Source of the DNA: Eledone cirrhosa
Taxonomy: Eukaryota
NCBI GenBank assembly: GCA_964016885.1
Contig: OZ024766.1
Location: forward strand, 14,384,001 to 14,448,000
DNA: 64,000 nucleotides
Reading direction: 5' to 3'
The notes below the pieces were generated by a model, which worked only from the letters and a program-made list of their open reading frames with translations, was not told where the DNA came from and ran no database searches. Positions 12,201 through 23,143 of this stretch are shown one piece after another. The translations under genes were made by a program, and so were the position numbers. Each line of letters opens with the position of its first letter. The first letter of the stretch is position 1.

Positions 12201-13178
12201 CGAAAGCATCAAGTAATATGCTTTTAAATTTATTTCTGGCTGTGGGGTCCTTTAGCTTCCATATTTTCCTCCTGAGGATAGTCCTCTTCTGCTGTCTAGT
12301 ACGTCTCGTCCTGACTATTAGGTCGCTAATTATCAGTCTATGTTGGGACGTGCATTCTTCATGGGGGAGGGATTTAGTGTTTACAACAGACACTCTGTCA
12401 CGTCTTCTGGTAAGGATATAATCTACCTGGCTTGTGTGTTCCCCCGATCTATAGGTGATCAGGTGATTGTCTCGTTTTTTGAAGTTAGTGTTACAGATAG
12501 TTAGGTTATTTGCGTCACAGAATTCCAGGATTCTGGAGCCTTCCACATTTCTAGTACCAAACCCATAGCCTCCATGGATTCCGTCGTAGCCGTCACAATG
12601 TTGTCCAACGTGACCATTTAGGTCGCCTGCAATAATTATATAGTCACTGTCAGATATTTGGGAGGTAGTTAGCAACAGTGTCTCATAGAATCTGTCTTTT
12701 ATAGAGCCAGGCAGTCTGGATTGGGGTGCGTACGCAGATATTACTGTCACCGTAGTTCTATTGAGGACAAGTCTTATTTTAATTATTCTGTCGTTCACTA
12801 TATTTACGTCTATTATCTTATCTGCCCACTTTTCTGCTACCATGATTCCTACCCCACCCAGCCTATTGTCATTTCCCACCCAGAAAAGCTTATAGCATCG
12901 TTTTTTACCCACAATGAATCTAGCAGACCCACCCTCCACCTGGTCTCTTGGATACAGCAAACATCAACCTCCTTACGTTCAAGCATTTCTACAACCTCGT
13001 TGGAGCGACCCTTTAAGGTGCCTACATTCATGGTACCAACTCTGAAGTTTTGGATTGCGTTTGGTGGGTGGGAGCGGTGGGGCACGGGGGGAGATGGGGT
13101 TATGTTAGCCATCCGCGGCCGAAACAAAGAGGAGGAGTGCTCGCATTCTCGTCCACGAGGTGAATGAGGTGAATTTGT

Positions 13179-13181
<3 letters not shown>
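9270..13181 (-). mobile_element. Near full-length RTE-clade LINE (APE endonuclease + RT), frameshifted
   Basis: ORF pieces: GTMNVGTL...CCIQETRW, GDLNGHVG, SQVDYIL, FVDLEKAFD, GVHQGSVLSPLLF, YADD region, GRPRKTW; (GAT)n tail at 9270-9290. Confidence 0.95.
10130..10488 (+). mobile_element. Solo LTR (359 bp) inserted in the RTE ORF
   Basis: Termini TGTAGCG...CGCTATA and 4-bp TSD TGGT; removing it restores the RTE peptide ELIPLLA. Internal TATAAAA and ATTAAA. Confidence 0.85.
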
Positions 13182-13232
<51 letters not shown>

Positions 13233-13415
13233 TCAATACATAAACAGAGAAAGCCTTAAGCGATACTCTGACCAACACCATCTCACTCAACAAACATTAG
13301 GATATACCTAAGTATTTTCCTAATTTAGTGTTTGGGGTGCTAACTAATCAGTATTTCGTGGATAGCTGGTTGTATTATTTTATATGAGACATTATTAAAT
13401 AAATATCTCTTTCCT

Positions 13416-13539
13416 TCCAGACGGCCGTTTCTTTATAAGATTTCTACAATTTGGGATAAATAATTTCCAGGTTATGTAGAAACTTGTATATAATCCATAG
13501 TTTTATACACAAGCGGGCTCTTATAAACTCATCAGTGGA
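13416..13539 (-). ncRNA. Type I hammerhead ribozyme-like motif with branched helix II
   Basis: Minus strand: UCCA-CUGAUGA-G UUUAUAAGA...UCUUAUAAA-GAAA-C GGCC GU-C-UGGA. Confidence 0.75.
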
Positions 13540-13797
13540 TGCCCAAATAATATCGATATAAGAATTATATCGACATTAATAGATTAGTGATGGTCTCCCT
13601 CAGCGCTAAGAAGATCCAGCGCTTAGAAAATCCAGCAGTCCTCTCAAAGATAAAATACACGCTGTCCCCAAGAGGGTAAAGGGAGGTCATCTTAAAATAA
13701 AACAATATACACGCTGGTCATTTAAACCTGTTAGGTATTAACCACGTGTATAAGAACTCAATTGGATATTAAAAGAATAACCATATGTATAGACAAT

Positions 13798-13841
<44 letters not shown>

Positions 13842-14089
13842 TATATATATAAATAAATTTATAGAGCAAATATTTCTAATATTTCAGATCAGTGGTTGGC
13901 GTTGGGAAGGGCATCCAGCCGTAAAAAAACAGTCAGAAACTCTCGTATATGAGCGAGACATGGTCACCCGACCCAACATGCCTCTAAATGGGACAACCCT
14001 GTCTAACCCAAGCTAGCATGGAAGATAGACGTTAATTGATGATGATGATGATGATACATATATATATATAGCTACATTACACCACTTAC

Positions 14090-14227
14090 CTGTCTGACAG
14101 TTGCTACCTTCATAACCAGCAGTACACCCTCCACTGTAACACACACCTGTCTCTGTGTTACATTTACTGTTGTCTGCACAGTGACAATTTCTACTACAGC
14201 TGGGACCAAACTTTCCTACAGGACACA
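14090..14227 (-). pseudogene. EGF exon copy with intact frame but AG>GG acceptor
   Basis: 138 nt, VCPVGKFGPSCSRNCHCADNSKCNTETGVCYSGGCTAGYEGSNCQT. Donor GTAAGT intact; the acceptor reads ttttctatgg. Confidence 0.8.
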
Positions 14228-14328
14228 CCATAGAAAATATTTAAAATTCACTTCTAATATTCACTCACTTTTTTCAGGTAACATGTTTGATGTTTGTAAA
14301 ACCTATGAAGACCTGCACTATATATATA

Positions 14329-14387
<59 letters not shown>

Positions 14388-14429
14388 GTTAATATATGTA
14401 AGAGCACTCAGTCCATAGGACGAGTTTAG

Positions 14430-14609
14430 TATAAATAATTACAACAGTGACATAAACAGGTACTCAAGTTTGAATGGGTTCTGGGCCCCAATTTCTTCAG
14501 CCTGTCATGAGATGTTTTCCATTTTCCTCATGACAGGCTGAAGAAATTTGGGGCCGAGAACCCAACGAAACTTGAGTACCTGTTTATGTCACTGTTGTAA
14601 TTATTTATA
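14430..14609. repeat. Inverted repeat (82-bp arms, 15-nt spacer) carrying hammerhead motif
   Basis: 14430-14511 is the reverse complement of 14527-14609 with a few mismatches. Confidence 0.9.
14532..14584 (+). ncRNA. Minimal type I hammerhead-like motif
   Basis: GACAGG-CUGAAGA-(aatUUGGG..CCCAAc)-GAAA-C UUGA GU-A-CCUGUU; base of helix II imperfect. Confidence 0.62.
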
Positions 14610-14611
14610 TC

Positions 14612-14652
<41 letters not shown>

Positions 14653-14759
14653 AATTAATTAAATTAAATTAAATTAGATTAAGGGAGTCATGTCCAAGAC
14701 ATGCGCCATATCCACCGAAGAATAAGCTCAAAGATTTCAATGAATAGATCCGAGCAGTT

Positions 14760-15086
14760 TATATCAACTAGAAATAGATTGACATATATATATATTTAAA
14801 ATAAACACATGAAACAATCACAGGGGATAATTTGTAAAGTGTGTAATCACACATAGCTAGGTAGGTAACTAATTAAAGTTTAACTAGAGCTTCAAATATT
14901 TCCTTTTTAAAAAATTAATCATTTTTTTATTATTTTTTAAAAAGGTAATATTTGAAGCTCTAGTTAAACTTTAATTAGTTACCTACCTAGCTATGTGTGA
15001 TTACACACTTTACAAATTATCCCCTGTCATTGTTTCATGTGTTTATTTTAAATATATATCTATGTCAATCTATTTCTAGTTGATAT
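14760..15086. repeat. Long near-perfect inverted repeat (~158-bp arms)
   Basis: atatcaactagaaatagattgac...aaaaattaat pairs with attatttttt...gtcaatctatttctagttgatat. Confidence 0.92.
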
Positions 15087-15722
15087 ATATATATATATAT
15101 ATATCCAGGGAGTGTAACATGAAGTTACTGTAGGTTCACCCAGGTGAGCACTCAATCTTTAGATTCTCGTCCGTCATTACAACAGCAGAGGTCCGACGAC
15201 CTTTTGATTCCTCAGTCTGGCTAGATCAATACTGATCAAACTTTGAGCTGAGCAATAGCAAAACGTGCATCACCAATCAATAAACGTAATGAAGGCTTAA
15301 CAAATCGTCATTGTATTATTATTATTATACACACACACACACATATATATGTATATATAAATATATATATATTTATATATATATCACAGAAAAAAAGATA
15401 GGAAAATCTGCTTCATAGAATCAAGACGTATCTGAGGACCTTGCGATTTTCAAAGTCAGGTTTGATCATCACATCGATCGTGCCTCGAGCTGGTCGCCAG
15501 AGAAACAATTGTAATATGTCCAATAAATTCCATTCGTCGCAACACTGATTCCCTTTTTTTCTGTGATATCATATTCTGCTCTATGAGAGCATTGAGTGCT
15601 CAAATGGCCTACCTCATACGGACACTTTAAGCATCCAACACCAATTATATATATATATATATATACACACACACATATATATATACACACCCACACACAT
15701 ATATATATATACACATATGTAT

Positions 15723-15759
<37 letters not shown>

Positions 15760-15762
<3 letters not shown>

Positions 15763-17015
15763 CATCATCATCAGGTCGAGCTTGCTCGGCCTTCTACGAC
15801 ACGTTTCCTCCATCCATCTCTGTCTCTCATAGCGTTTGCCAGTTCTTCCACAGTGCATCCAGTATCGTCCTCAAGTTGCTTGACGTATGTCTTCTTGGGA
15901 CGACCAGCGTTTCTTGCTCCAAGAGATGGACTCCATAACAACACATCACCTGCTATTTCTTCCTTGCTGCGCCAACAGTGGCCAGCAAATCTGAGTATCT
16001 GTCCACATATTGACCTCCTGATAGGTGGTATATTGCCATAGAGATCCTTATTTGTTGGGTGTTCCCTCCAAGACACATTTAAAGCAGCGTGGGGCATACG
16101 TGTGTATGCCCCGTCTAGCTTTTTCTCCAGTTTTGACGTTAGCGTCCAAGTGATAGAGCCATAAACAAGCACAGATTCCACAGCAGCTCTGAAGAAATTC
16201 CTTTTCAGTTTGACCAGCAGGTTTGATTTCTATATCTTCTCCATTGCATTCAATGCTCCCCGGGCTTTTCCCAGTCTGATGTTAACATCATGTTCTGTGG
16301 AGATGATATAGCTACCCAGGTATTTGAAGTCGTCAACTTGCTTGATTATATCACCGTTTAGACTTCGCATACCAACTGAGGAGTCTTGGTTCAGGCAAAT
16401 ATATTCTGTTTTGCCTGTCTTGACATAGAGTTGGATTTCCTTTGCAACTGATTCGATGCTGTGAAGTAGTGATGTTGCATCCTTAAGGTAGTCAGCGAGG
16501 ACCGCTAAATCATCCACATAGTCAGCATCGGTGATTTTCTGAGCTGCATGGCGTCTACACTTTCGTTTTGTGAGAGTGAAACCAAGCTCTAAGTTTTCGT
16601 CCAGGGCTTTTCTCAATACATAGTCGAGGCAGATGATAAAAATGTATGGTGCAAGTGTATCCCCTTGGAGTACTCCTGCAATGATGTCAAAGAAGTTGGT
16701 ATCTCCATCAGGTGAGCGCACCATTGCGCAGGTGTTTTTATATAACATCATGATGGCATTTACTGTTTCCCTTGGCAAGCCGTAGGCTAGAAGTATCTCT
16801 CTCATCCTCCCACGATGGATGGAATCGAATGCTTTTGAAAAGTCAATAAACAGGAGAGTTGCTGGGAGGTTTGGGCTTTTACACCTTCCAAGATACGCCG
16901 AATAGTAAGTATTTGCCCTGATGTTGATCTGTTGGTGCGGAAGCCCTTTTGGTTTTTTCTCAGCAAGGGGTCAATGACAGATCTTATTCTGTCAAACAGC
17001 ATGAGATTGTATATC
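15760..17015 (-). mobile_element. 5'-truncated LINE (second RTE-like family), RT and C-terminal part
   Basis: NQKGFRTNRST, GVLQGDTLAPYIF, YVDDL, FKYLGS, LRFAGH, GRPKKTY; (GAT)n tail; stops and frameshifts. Confidence 0.92.
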
Positions 17016-17112
17016 TTTGCGTGTGTGTATATATATACACACACGCACACATATATATGTATATACACACACACATATATATATACTGTAATATACATCA
17101 TAATATACATAC

Positions 17113-17246
17113 CGTGGTGACAGTCAGGTCCCTGGTAACTGGGTTGACAACCTCCACTGGAACACACACCTGTGATGAAGTTGTGGTGACATCAGCACAG
17201 TGGCAGGTTTCTTTACAGTTGAGGCCGTAGTTACCTTGACGACACT
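17113..17246 (-). pseudogene. Disabled EGF exon copy (4-nt deletion, weak GAG acceptor)
   Basis: CRQGNYGLNCKETCHCADVT, then a frameshift, then NFITGVCSSGGCQPSYQGPDCHH. 134 nt instead of 138; acceptor tttgag; donor G|GTATGT. Confidence 0.8.
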
Positions 17247-17269
17247 CTCAAATATTGGACATTATGTAC

Positions 17270-17602
17270 CAACATCACCATCACCACCATCAACATCACC
17301 ATCACCATCACCATTGTCCTCCTCACCACCACCACCAACATCACCACCATCACCATCACCACCACCACCAACATCACCACCACCATCAACATCACCATCA
17401 TCACCATCAACATCACCACCACCACCATCACCACCATCATTATCACCATCACCATCATGACCACCACCATCAACATTATCACCATCATCACCATCACTAC
17501 CACCATCATCAGCATCATTCTTATCACCATCACCACCATCACCATTGTCCTCCTCATCACCACCACCACCACCACCACCACCATCATCATCACCACCACC
17601 AT
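17270..17602. repeat. (CAC/CAT)n trinucleotide microsatellite
   Basis: Direct reading; lies next to the acceptor side of the disabled exon at 17246. Confidence 0.95.
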
Positions 17603-17604
17603 CT

Positions 17605-19740
17605 GGGAGATCAAAAATACTGTTGTGGTCCCATTCCATTACTTCACCAATCTTGTAGACCCTAAATATTGTAATGGTCACTGTCCCTTCTCTTCCACCA
17701 ACCTGAGAGACCCTAAATACTGTTGTGGTCCATGTCCCTTCTCTTCCACCAATCTGGGAGTCACTAAATACTGTCATGGTTCCTGTTCCTCCCTCCAGTA
17801 ATCTTGGAGACCCTAAATACTGTTGTAGTACCTTCCCATTCCTTCCACTAATTTTGGAGACCCTAAATATTGCAATGGTTACTGTCCCTTCCTTCCTTTC
17901 ATTCAATCTAGTGGATCCTAAATACTGTTCTGGTCCCTGTTCCTTCTCTTCCACCAATCAGTGAGTCCCTAAATACTGTCATGGTTCCTGTCCCTTACTT
18001 CTCTTCCACCAATCAGTGAGTCCCTTAATACTGCCGTAGACCCTGTCTCTTCTCTTCCACCAATCAGTGAGTCCCTTAATACTGTTGTGGTCCCTGTCTC
18101 TTCTCTTCCACCAATCAGTGAGTCCCTTAATACTGTTGTGGTCCCTGTCTCTTCTCTTCCACCAATCAGTGAGTCCCTTAATACTGTTGTGGTCCCTGTC
18201 TCTTCTCTTCCACCAATCAGTGAGTCCCTTAATACTGTTGTGGTCCCTGTCTCTTCTCTTCCACCAATCAGTGAGTCCCTAAATACTATCATGGTCTCTG
18301 TCTCTTCTCTTCCACCAATCAGTGAGTCCCTTAATACTGTCGTGGTCCCTGTCTCTTCTCTTCCACCAATCAGTGAGTCCCTTAATACTGTCGTGGTCCC
18401 TGTTTCTTCTCTTCCACCAATCAGTGAGTCCCTAAATACTGTCGTGGTCCCTGTCTCTTCTCTTCCACCAATCAGTGAGTCACTAAATACTGTCGTGGTC
18501 CCTGTCTCTTCTCTTCCACCAATCAGTGAGGCCCTTAATACTGTCGTGGTCCCTGTCTCTTCTCTTCCACCAATCAGTGAGTCCCTAAATACTGTCGTGG
18601 TCCCTGTCTCTTCTCTTCCACCAATCAGTGAGTCCCTTAATACTGTCGTGATCCCTGTCTCTTCTCTTCCACCAATCAGTGAGTCCCTTAATACTGTCGT
18701 GGTCCCTGTCTCTTCTCTTCCACCAATCAGTGAGTCCCTTAATACTGTCGTGGTCCCTGTCTCTTCTCTTCCACCAATCAGTGAGTCACTAAATACTGTC
18801 GTGGTCCCTGACTCTTCTCTTCCACCAATCAGTGAGTCCCTAAATACTATCATGGTCCTTGTCTCTTCTCTTCCACCAATCAGTGAGTCCCTTAATACTG
18901 TTGTGGTCCCTGTCTCTTCTCTTCCACCAATCAGTGAGTCCCTTAATACTGTCGTGGTCCCTGTCTCTTCTCTTCCACCAATCAGTGAGTCCCTAAATAC
19001 TATCATAGTCCCTGTCACTTCTCTTCCACCAATCAGTGAGTCCCTAAATACTATCATGGTCCCTGTCTCTTCTCTTCCACCAATCAGTGAGACCCTAAAT
19101 ACTGTCGTGGTCCCTGTCTCTTCTCTTCCACCAATCAGTGAGTCCCTTAATACTGTCGTTGTCCCTGTCTCTTCTCTTCCACCAATCAGTGAGTCCCTTA
19201 ATACTGTCGTGGTCCCTGTCTCTTCTCTTCCACCAATCAGTCAGTCCCTTAATACTGTCGTGGTCCCTGTCTCTTCTCTTCCACCAATCAGTGAGTCCCA
19301 TAATACTGTCGTGGTCCCTGTCTCTTCTCTTCCACCAATCAGTGAGTCCCTTAATACTGTCGTGGTCCCTGTCTCTTCTCTTCCACCAATCAGTGAGTCC
19401 CTAAATACTATCATGGTCCCTGTCTCTTCTCTTCCAACAATCAGTGAGTCCCTAAATACTGTTGAGTTCCCTGTCTCTTCTCTTCCACCATTCAGTGAGT
19501 CCCTAAATACTGTCGTGGTCCCTGTCTCTTCTCTTCCACCAATCAGTGAGTCCCTAAATACTGTCGTGGTCCCTGTCTCTTCTCTTCCACCAATCAGTGA
19601 GTCCCTAAATACTGTCGTGGTCCCTGTCTCTTCTCTTCCACCAATCAGTGAGTCCCTAAATACTATCATGGTCCCTGTCTCTTCTCTTCCACCAATCAGT
19701 GAGTCCCTAAATACTATCATGGTCCCTGTCCCTTCCCTCT
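17605..19740. repeat. 51-bp minisatellite (~35 homogeneous copies plus diverged left edge)
   Basis: Unit aatactgtcgtggtccctgtctcttctcttccaccaatcagtgagtccctt; intronic, starts about 25 nt past an exon donor. Confidence 0.97.
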
Positions 19741-19767
19741 CTAAAGGGTAAACAGATAAAAACTTAC

Positions 19768-19905
19768 TTGACTGGCAGCTGTGTCCCCTGTAAGCAGGTG
19801 AGCACCTTCCATTGATGCAGATACCATTGTCAGAGTAACATTTGCCATTATTCAGACAGTGGCACTTCTTAACACAGTTGACACCAAACATGCCATGGGC
19901 ACATC
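19768..19905 (-). CDS. EGF-like exon (GCAHGMFGVNCVKKCHCLNNGKCYSDNGICINGRCSPAYRGHSCQS)
   Basis: 138 nt, phase 1-1, tttctcag and A|GTAAGT; 8 Cys. Confidence 0.92.
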
Positions 19906-19933
19906 CTGAGAAAACAACTTCAATATGTAATTA

Positions 19934-20303
19934 CTGTATTTCCTGACGCCGAAGACACTTCGTCCTCGAGGACACACCCTAATTCTGACAACCAAAAATT
20001 TGAAAAAAAATAATTGTTTCTACTTTTGGCACAAGGCCAGCAATTATCCCAGTGTATTACTGGTACTTTATTTTATCCACCCCGTAAGGATGAAAGGCCA
20101 AGTTAACCTCGGCGGGATTTGAACTCAGAATGGCAAGTGCTGTAACTCTATGCGTCAAAGCATGGCGTCCGACCCTCTACCGATACTGCCAATTCACCGC
20201 CCTTTGAAGAAAAATAATAAACAACTTTCGGCCTCCAGGATGCATGGTAGATTTTTGAGACTTATTTTAGTAAAAGTAGCGTCTTTGACGCCGGGAAATA
20301 CGG
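19934..20303. mobile_element. Tc1/mariner-pogo-type MITE with nested SINE
   Basis: TIRs ctgtatttcctgacgccgaagac and gtctttgacgccgggaaatacgg; SINE at 20010-20202. Uninterrupted relative at 47680-47814. Confidence 0.7.
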
Positions 20304-20476
20304 TGAGTTTAATTAATTTAAATTTCAGAGTTGTTATCTTTCATCCTTTGAGTGTATCCCATTTACAATAGTAACTCTATAACCCTGCATGTTGTAGAAA
20401 GAGCCTAAAATAGTTTGGCATCAAGAAGGGCATCCAGCAGCAAAATAATGCCTCAATACTATATATCATCATCATC

Positions 20477-20870
20477 ATTGGATGCGCAATGTCAATGTGC
20501 ATGAATGAGCAAGCATAGACGAGTTGAGAAAGAAATTGTGTATAATAGGGATAAGCTGTAGTGTGTGGGAGAGAAGACTGCGTTGGTATAGACATATGAT
20601 GTGCATGGAGGATGACTGCTGGGTAAAGAAGTGCCAAGAAATCCCAGTAGAAAGAAGATGCAGTAGAGGAAGACCACGAAAATCATGGACGAAGGTGGTG
20701 AGATCTGACCTCAGATTGCTGAAGCTCATGGAGGAGATGACGAAAGACTGTGATGAATGGAGAGATGCTGTGCTGTATAGGACCCATCCCACCCTTGCAA
20801 GCAGGGAAAAGCGGACGTAAAATGATGATGATGATCATCATCATGGTTATCATCATCATCATCATCATTG
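20477..20870 (+). mobile_element. RTE LINE 3' fragment
   Basis: ERRLRWYRHM...RGRPRKSW and (GAT)n tail. Similar fragments at 28260-28650(-), 49200-49690(-), 49860-50400(+) and 62500-63010(+). Confidence 0.88.
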
Positions 20871-21894
20871 TTTAACATCCATCTTCCACACTAGTCTGGA
20901 TTAGATGGTTTTGTTCCACTTGAGGTGAGATTGGTCTGGAGACCGTGTCTTGCTTGTACAGAACTGTCTTTGGTAGGTTTTTTACCCCTGGAGGCCCTTC
21001 CTAACACCAACCACATTTACAGTGTACATCTTCTGTTTATTACATAATTCTGTTATACGTATTTCGAAGATGTCAGAGTGGTTGCATAACTTTCTGACAT
21101 GTTCTCTTCAGACAAGTTGAAATTTGTGTTCTTTTATTTTGTTTTTGATATGCTACCAAGGAGTGGGGGTTAGAGTTGTGTTTGCATTCCTGTCCAGTTG
21201 TTATATGGTTTGGATGGCTATTCTAGTAGGCAGATATAAAGCAGGAGGTGCTATTGTTGCTGACATACTAGGGATGCTAAGTAGGTTAAGGTATCAAATT
21301 ACCAGAGGGGTAAGTCATCACCCCACCCCCCGTTCATATATGTTAAAGAATTTGTTCGAATAATCTACTTATTTTTTTATTTATTTGAACTTTGTTTATT
21401 TGTTTGAACTACATAGCTATATATCCAGGCTGTGTATTATTAGAGAAGGTGATTCTTGTGTAACTATGTAAGGATGCATTAAATGTATAGATTTAGTCAT
21501 TATGTTCAGCTCTAGGTGGAAGTTAGCATGGAACGTGTTAACTATCTAATCTAAGGAAAGTTTTAGATATTTTATGCATACAAGTATTAACTCTTTAGCA
21601 TTTACATTACTCTGTAATGTATTTTCTCTGTAAAGTCTTTACCTCACATAATAATCTCACATAATATCAAATCCACAAGATTTTGATATTATTTATTTTG
21701 AGAACAATACCTTAACAAAAGTATGAGCAGCCAGTTACGGCTGGTTTGAACAGAAAAAGCACCACCTACACTCCACTCCTACTATAACCATGACAGCCAC
21801 CTCCACTCCACCACCACCTACACTCCACTCCCACTATAACCACGACAGCCACCAACACTCCCCTCCCACTATAACCATGACAACCACCACTCAC

Positions 21895-22029
21895 CTTTAC
21901 AAGTGTTATTCACATCAATATATCCATCTTTACATCCAGTCACACATTTGCCAGTCAATTGATCACATGTCTTTCTGCAGTTGTTGCACTCTTCTTTACA
22001 ATTTCTTCCATAGAATCCAGGGAGACATT
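21895..22029 (-). CDS. EGF-like exon (QCLPGFYGRNCKEECNNCRKTCDQLTGKCVTGCKDGYIDVNNTCK)
   Basis: 135 nt, phase 1-1, tttctag and G|GTGAGT; 8 Cys. Confidence 0.9.
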
Positions 22030-22067
22030 CTAGAAAGACAAACAATCTTAGTCATTATTTCAATCTA

Positions 22068-22452
22068 GGGCAGTGGATTGGCAGAATCGGTGGAGCATCG
22101 AACACCATGCTTTGCGGCATAAAGTTATGGCCCTTTATGATCTGAGTTCAAATCGCGCCGAGGTTAACTTTGCTTTTCATCCTTACGGGGTCTTGTGCCT
22201 ATATAAGGAACCATTATTTTAATCAAGGGCGGTGGATTGGCAGTATCGTTAGAGTGTCGAACACCATGCTTTGCGGTATTGAGTTACGACCCTTTCCATT
22301 CTGAGTTCAAAACCCGCCAAAGTTAGCTTGGCCTTTCATCCTTACGGGGTCGATAAAATAAAGTACCAGTCACACACTGGGGTCATTTAAATCGACTTTC
22401 CCCCTTCCCTTCAAATTGCTGGCCTTGTGCCAACAGTAGAAACAATTATTTC
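22068..22452 (+). mobile_element. Second SINE family (two tandem copies)
   Basis: ggcggtggattggcag...ctgagttcaaa...gcctttcatccttacggggtcgataaaataaagtaccag; the core resembles the Meta-type SINE domain. Other copies at 25401-25610, 27922-28090(-), 30000-30895 and 59458-59630. Confidence 0.8.
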
Positions 22453-22480
22453 AATCTGCACTTTGACAATGCTGTTTATT

Positions 22481-23143
22481 TTAACCCTTTAGCATTTACA
22501 TTACCCTGTATTTACTATTGTATTTTCATGGTAAAGGCTTTACCTCACATAATTATCTCACATAACATTTACATTACTCTGTATTTACTATTGTATTTTC
22601 ATGGTAAAGGCTTTACCTCACATAATTATCTCACATAACATTTACATTACCCTGTATTTACTATTGTATTTTCATGGTAAAGGCTTTACCTCACATAATT
22701 ATCTCACATAACATTTACATTACTCTGTATTTACTATTGTATTTTCATGGTAAAGGCTTTACCTCACATAATTATTTCACATAACATTTACATTACCCTG
22801 TATTTACTATTGTATTTTCATGGTAAAGGCTTTACCTCACATAATTATCTCACATAACATTTACATTACTCTGTATTTACTATTGTATTTTCATGGTAAA
22901 GGCTTTACCTTACATAATTATCTCACATAATATTTACATTACCCTGTATTTACTATTGTATTTTCATGGTAAAGGCTTTACCTCACATAATTATCTCACA
23001 TAATATTGAATCTACGAGATTTTAATATTATTTATTTTGAGAAGAAAACCTTAACATCAGTATGAGTGGCCAGTTGCAGCTGATTTGAACAGAGGTTAGA
23101 GAATTCTGGCCGGATATGGCCAGTTTAAATGCTAAAGGGTTAA
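22481..23143. mobile_element. piggyBac-like MITE (TTAA TSD) with 7 internal 73-bp tandem repeats
   Basis: TTAA-CCCTTTAGCATTTA...TAAATGCTAAAGGG-TTAA. Confidence 0.85.

Noticed and set aside
15185-15510. Two more possible hammerhead relics between inverted gagcactcaa ends
   Set aside because: Some pairing and a CUGAGGA are present, but the GAAA or NUH core elements are missing, so the call cannot be supported.
17200-17665. Poly-His, poly-Pro/Ser and poly-Val/Met ORFs
   Set aside because: Translations of a CAC/CAT microsatellite.
18087-19751. 554-aa mucin-like ORF and antisense repeat ORFs
   Set aside because: Product of a 51-bp (3n) tandem repeat, open on both strands, inside an intron with no splice or signal context.
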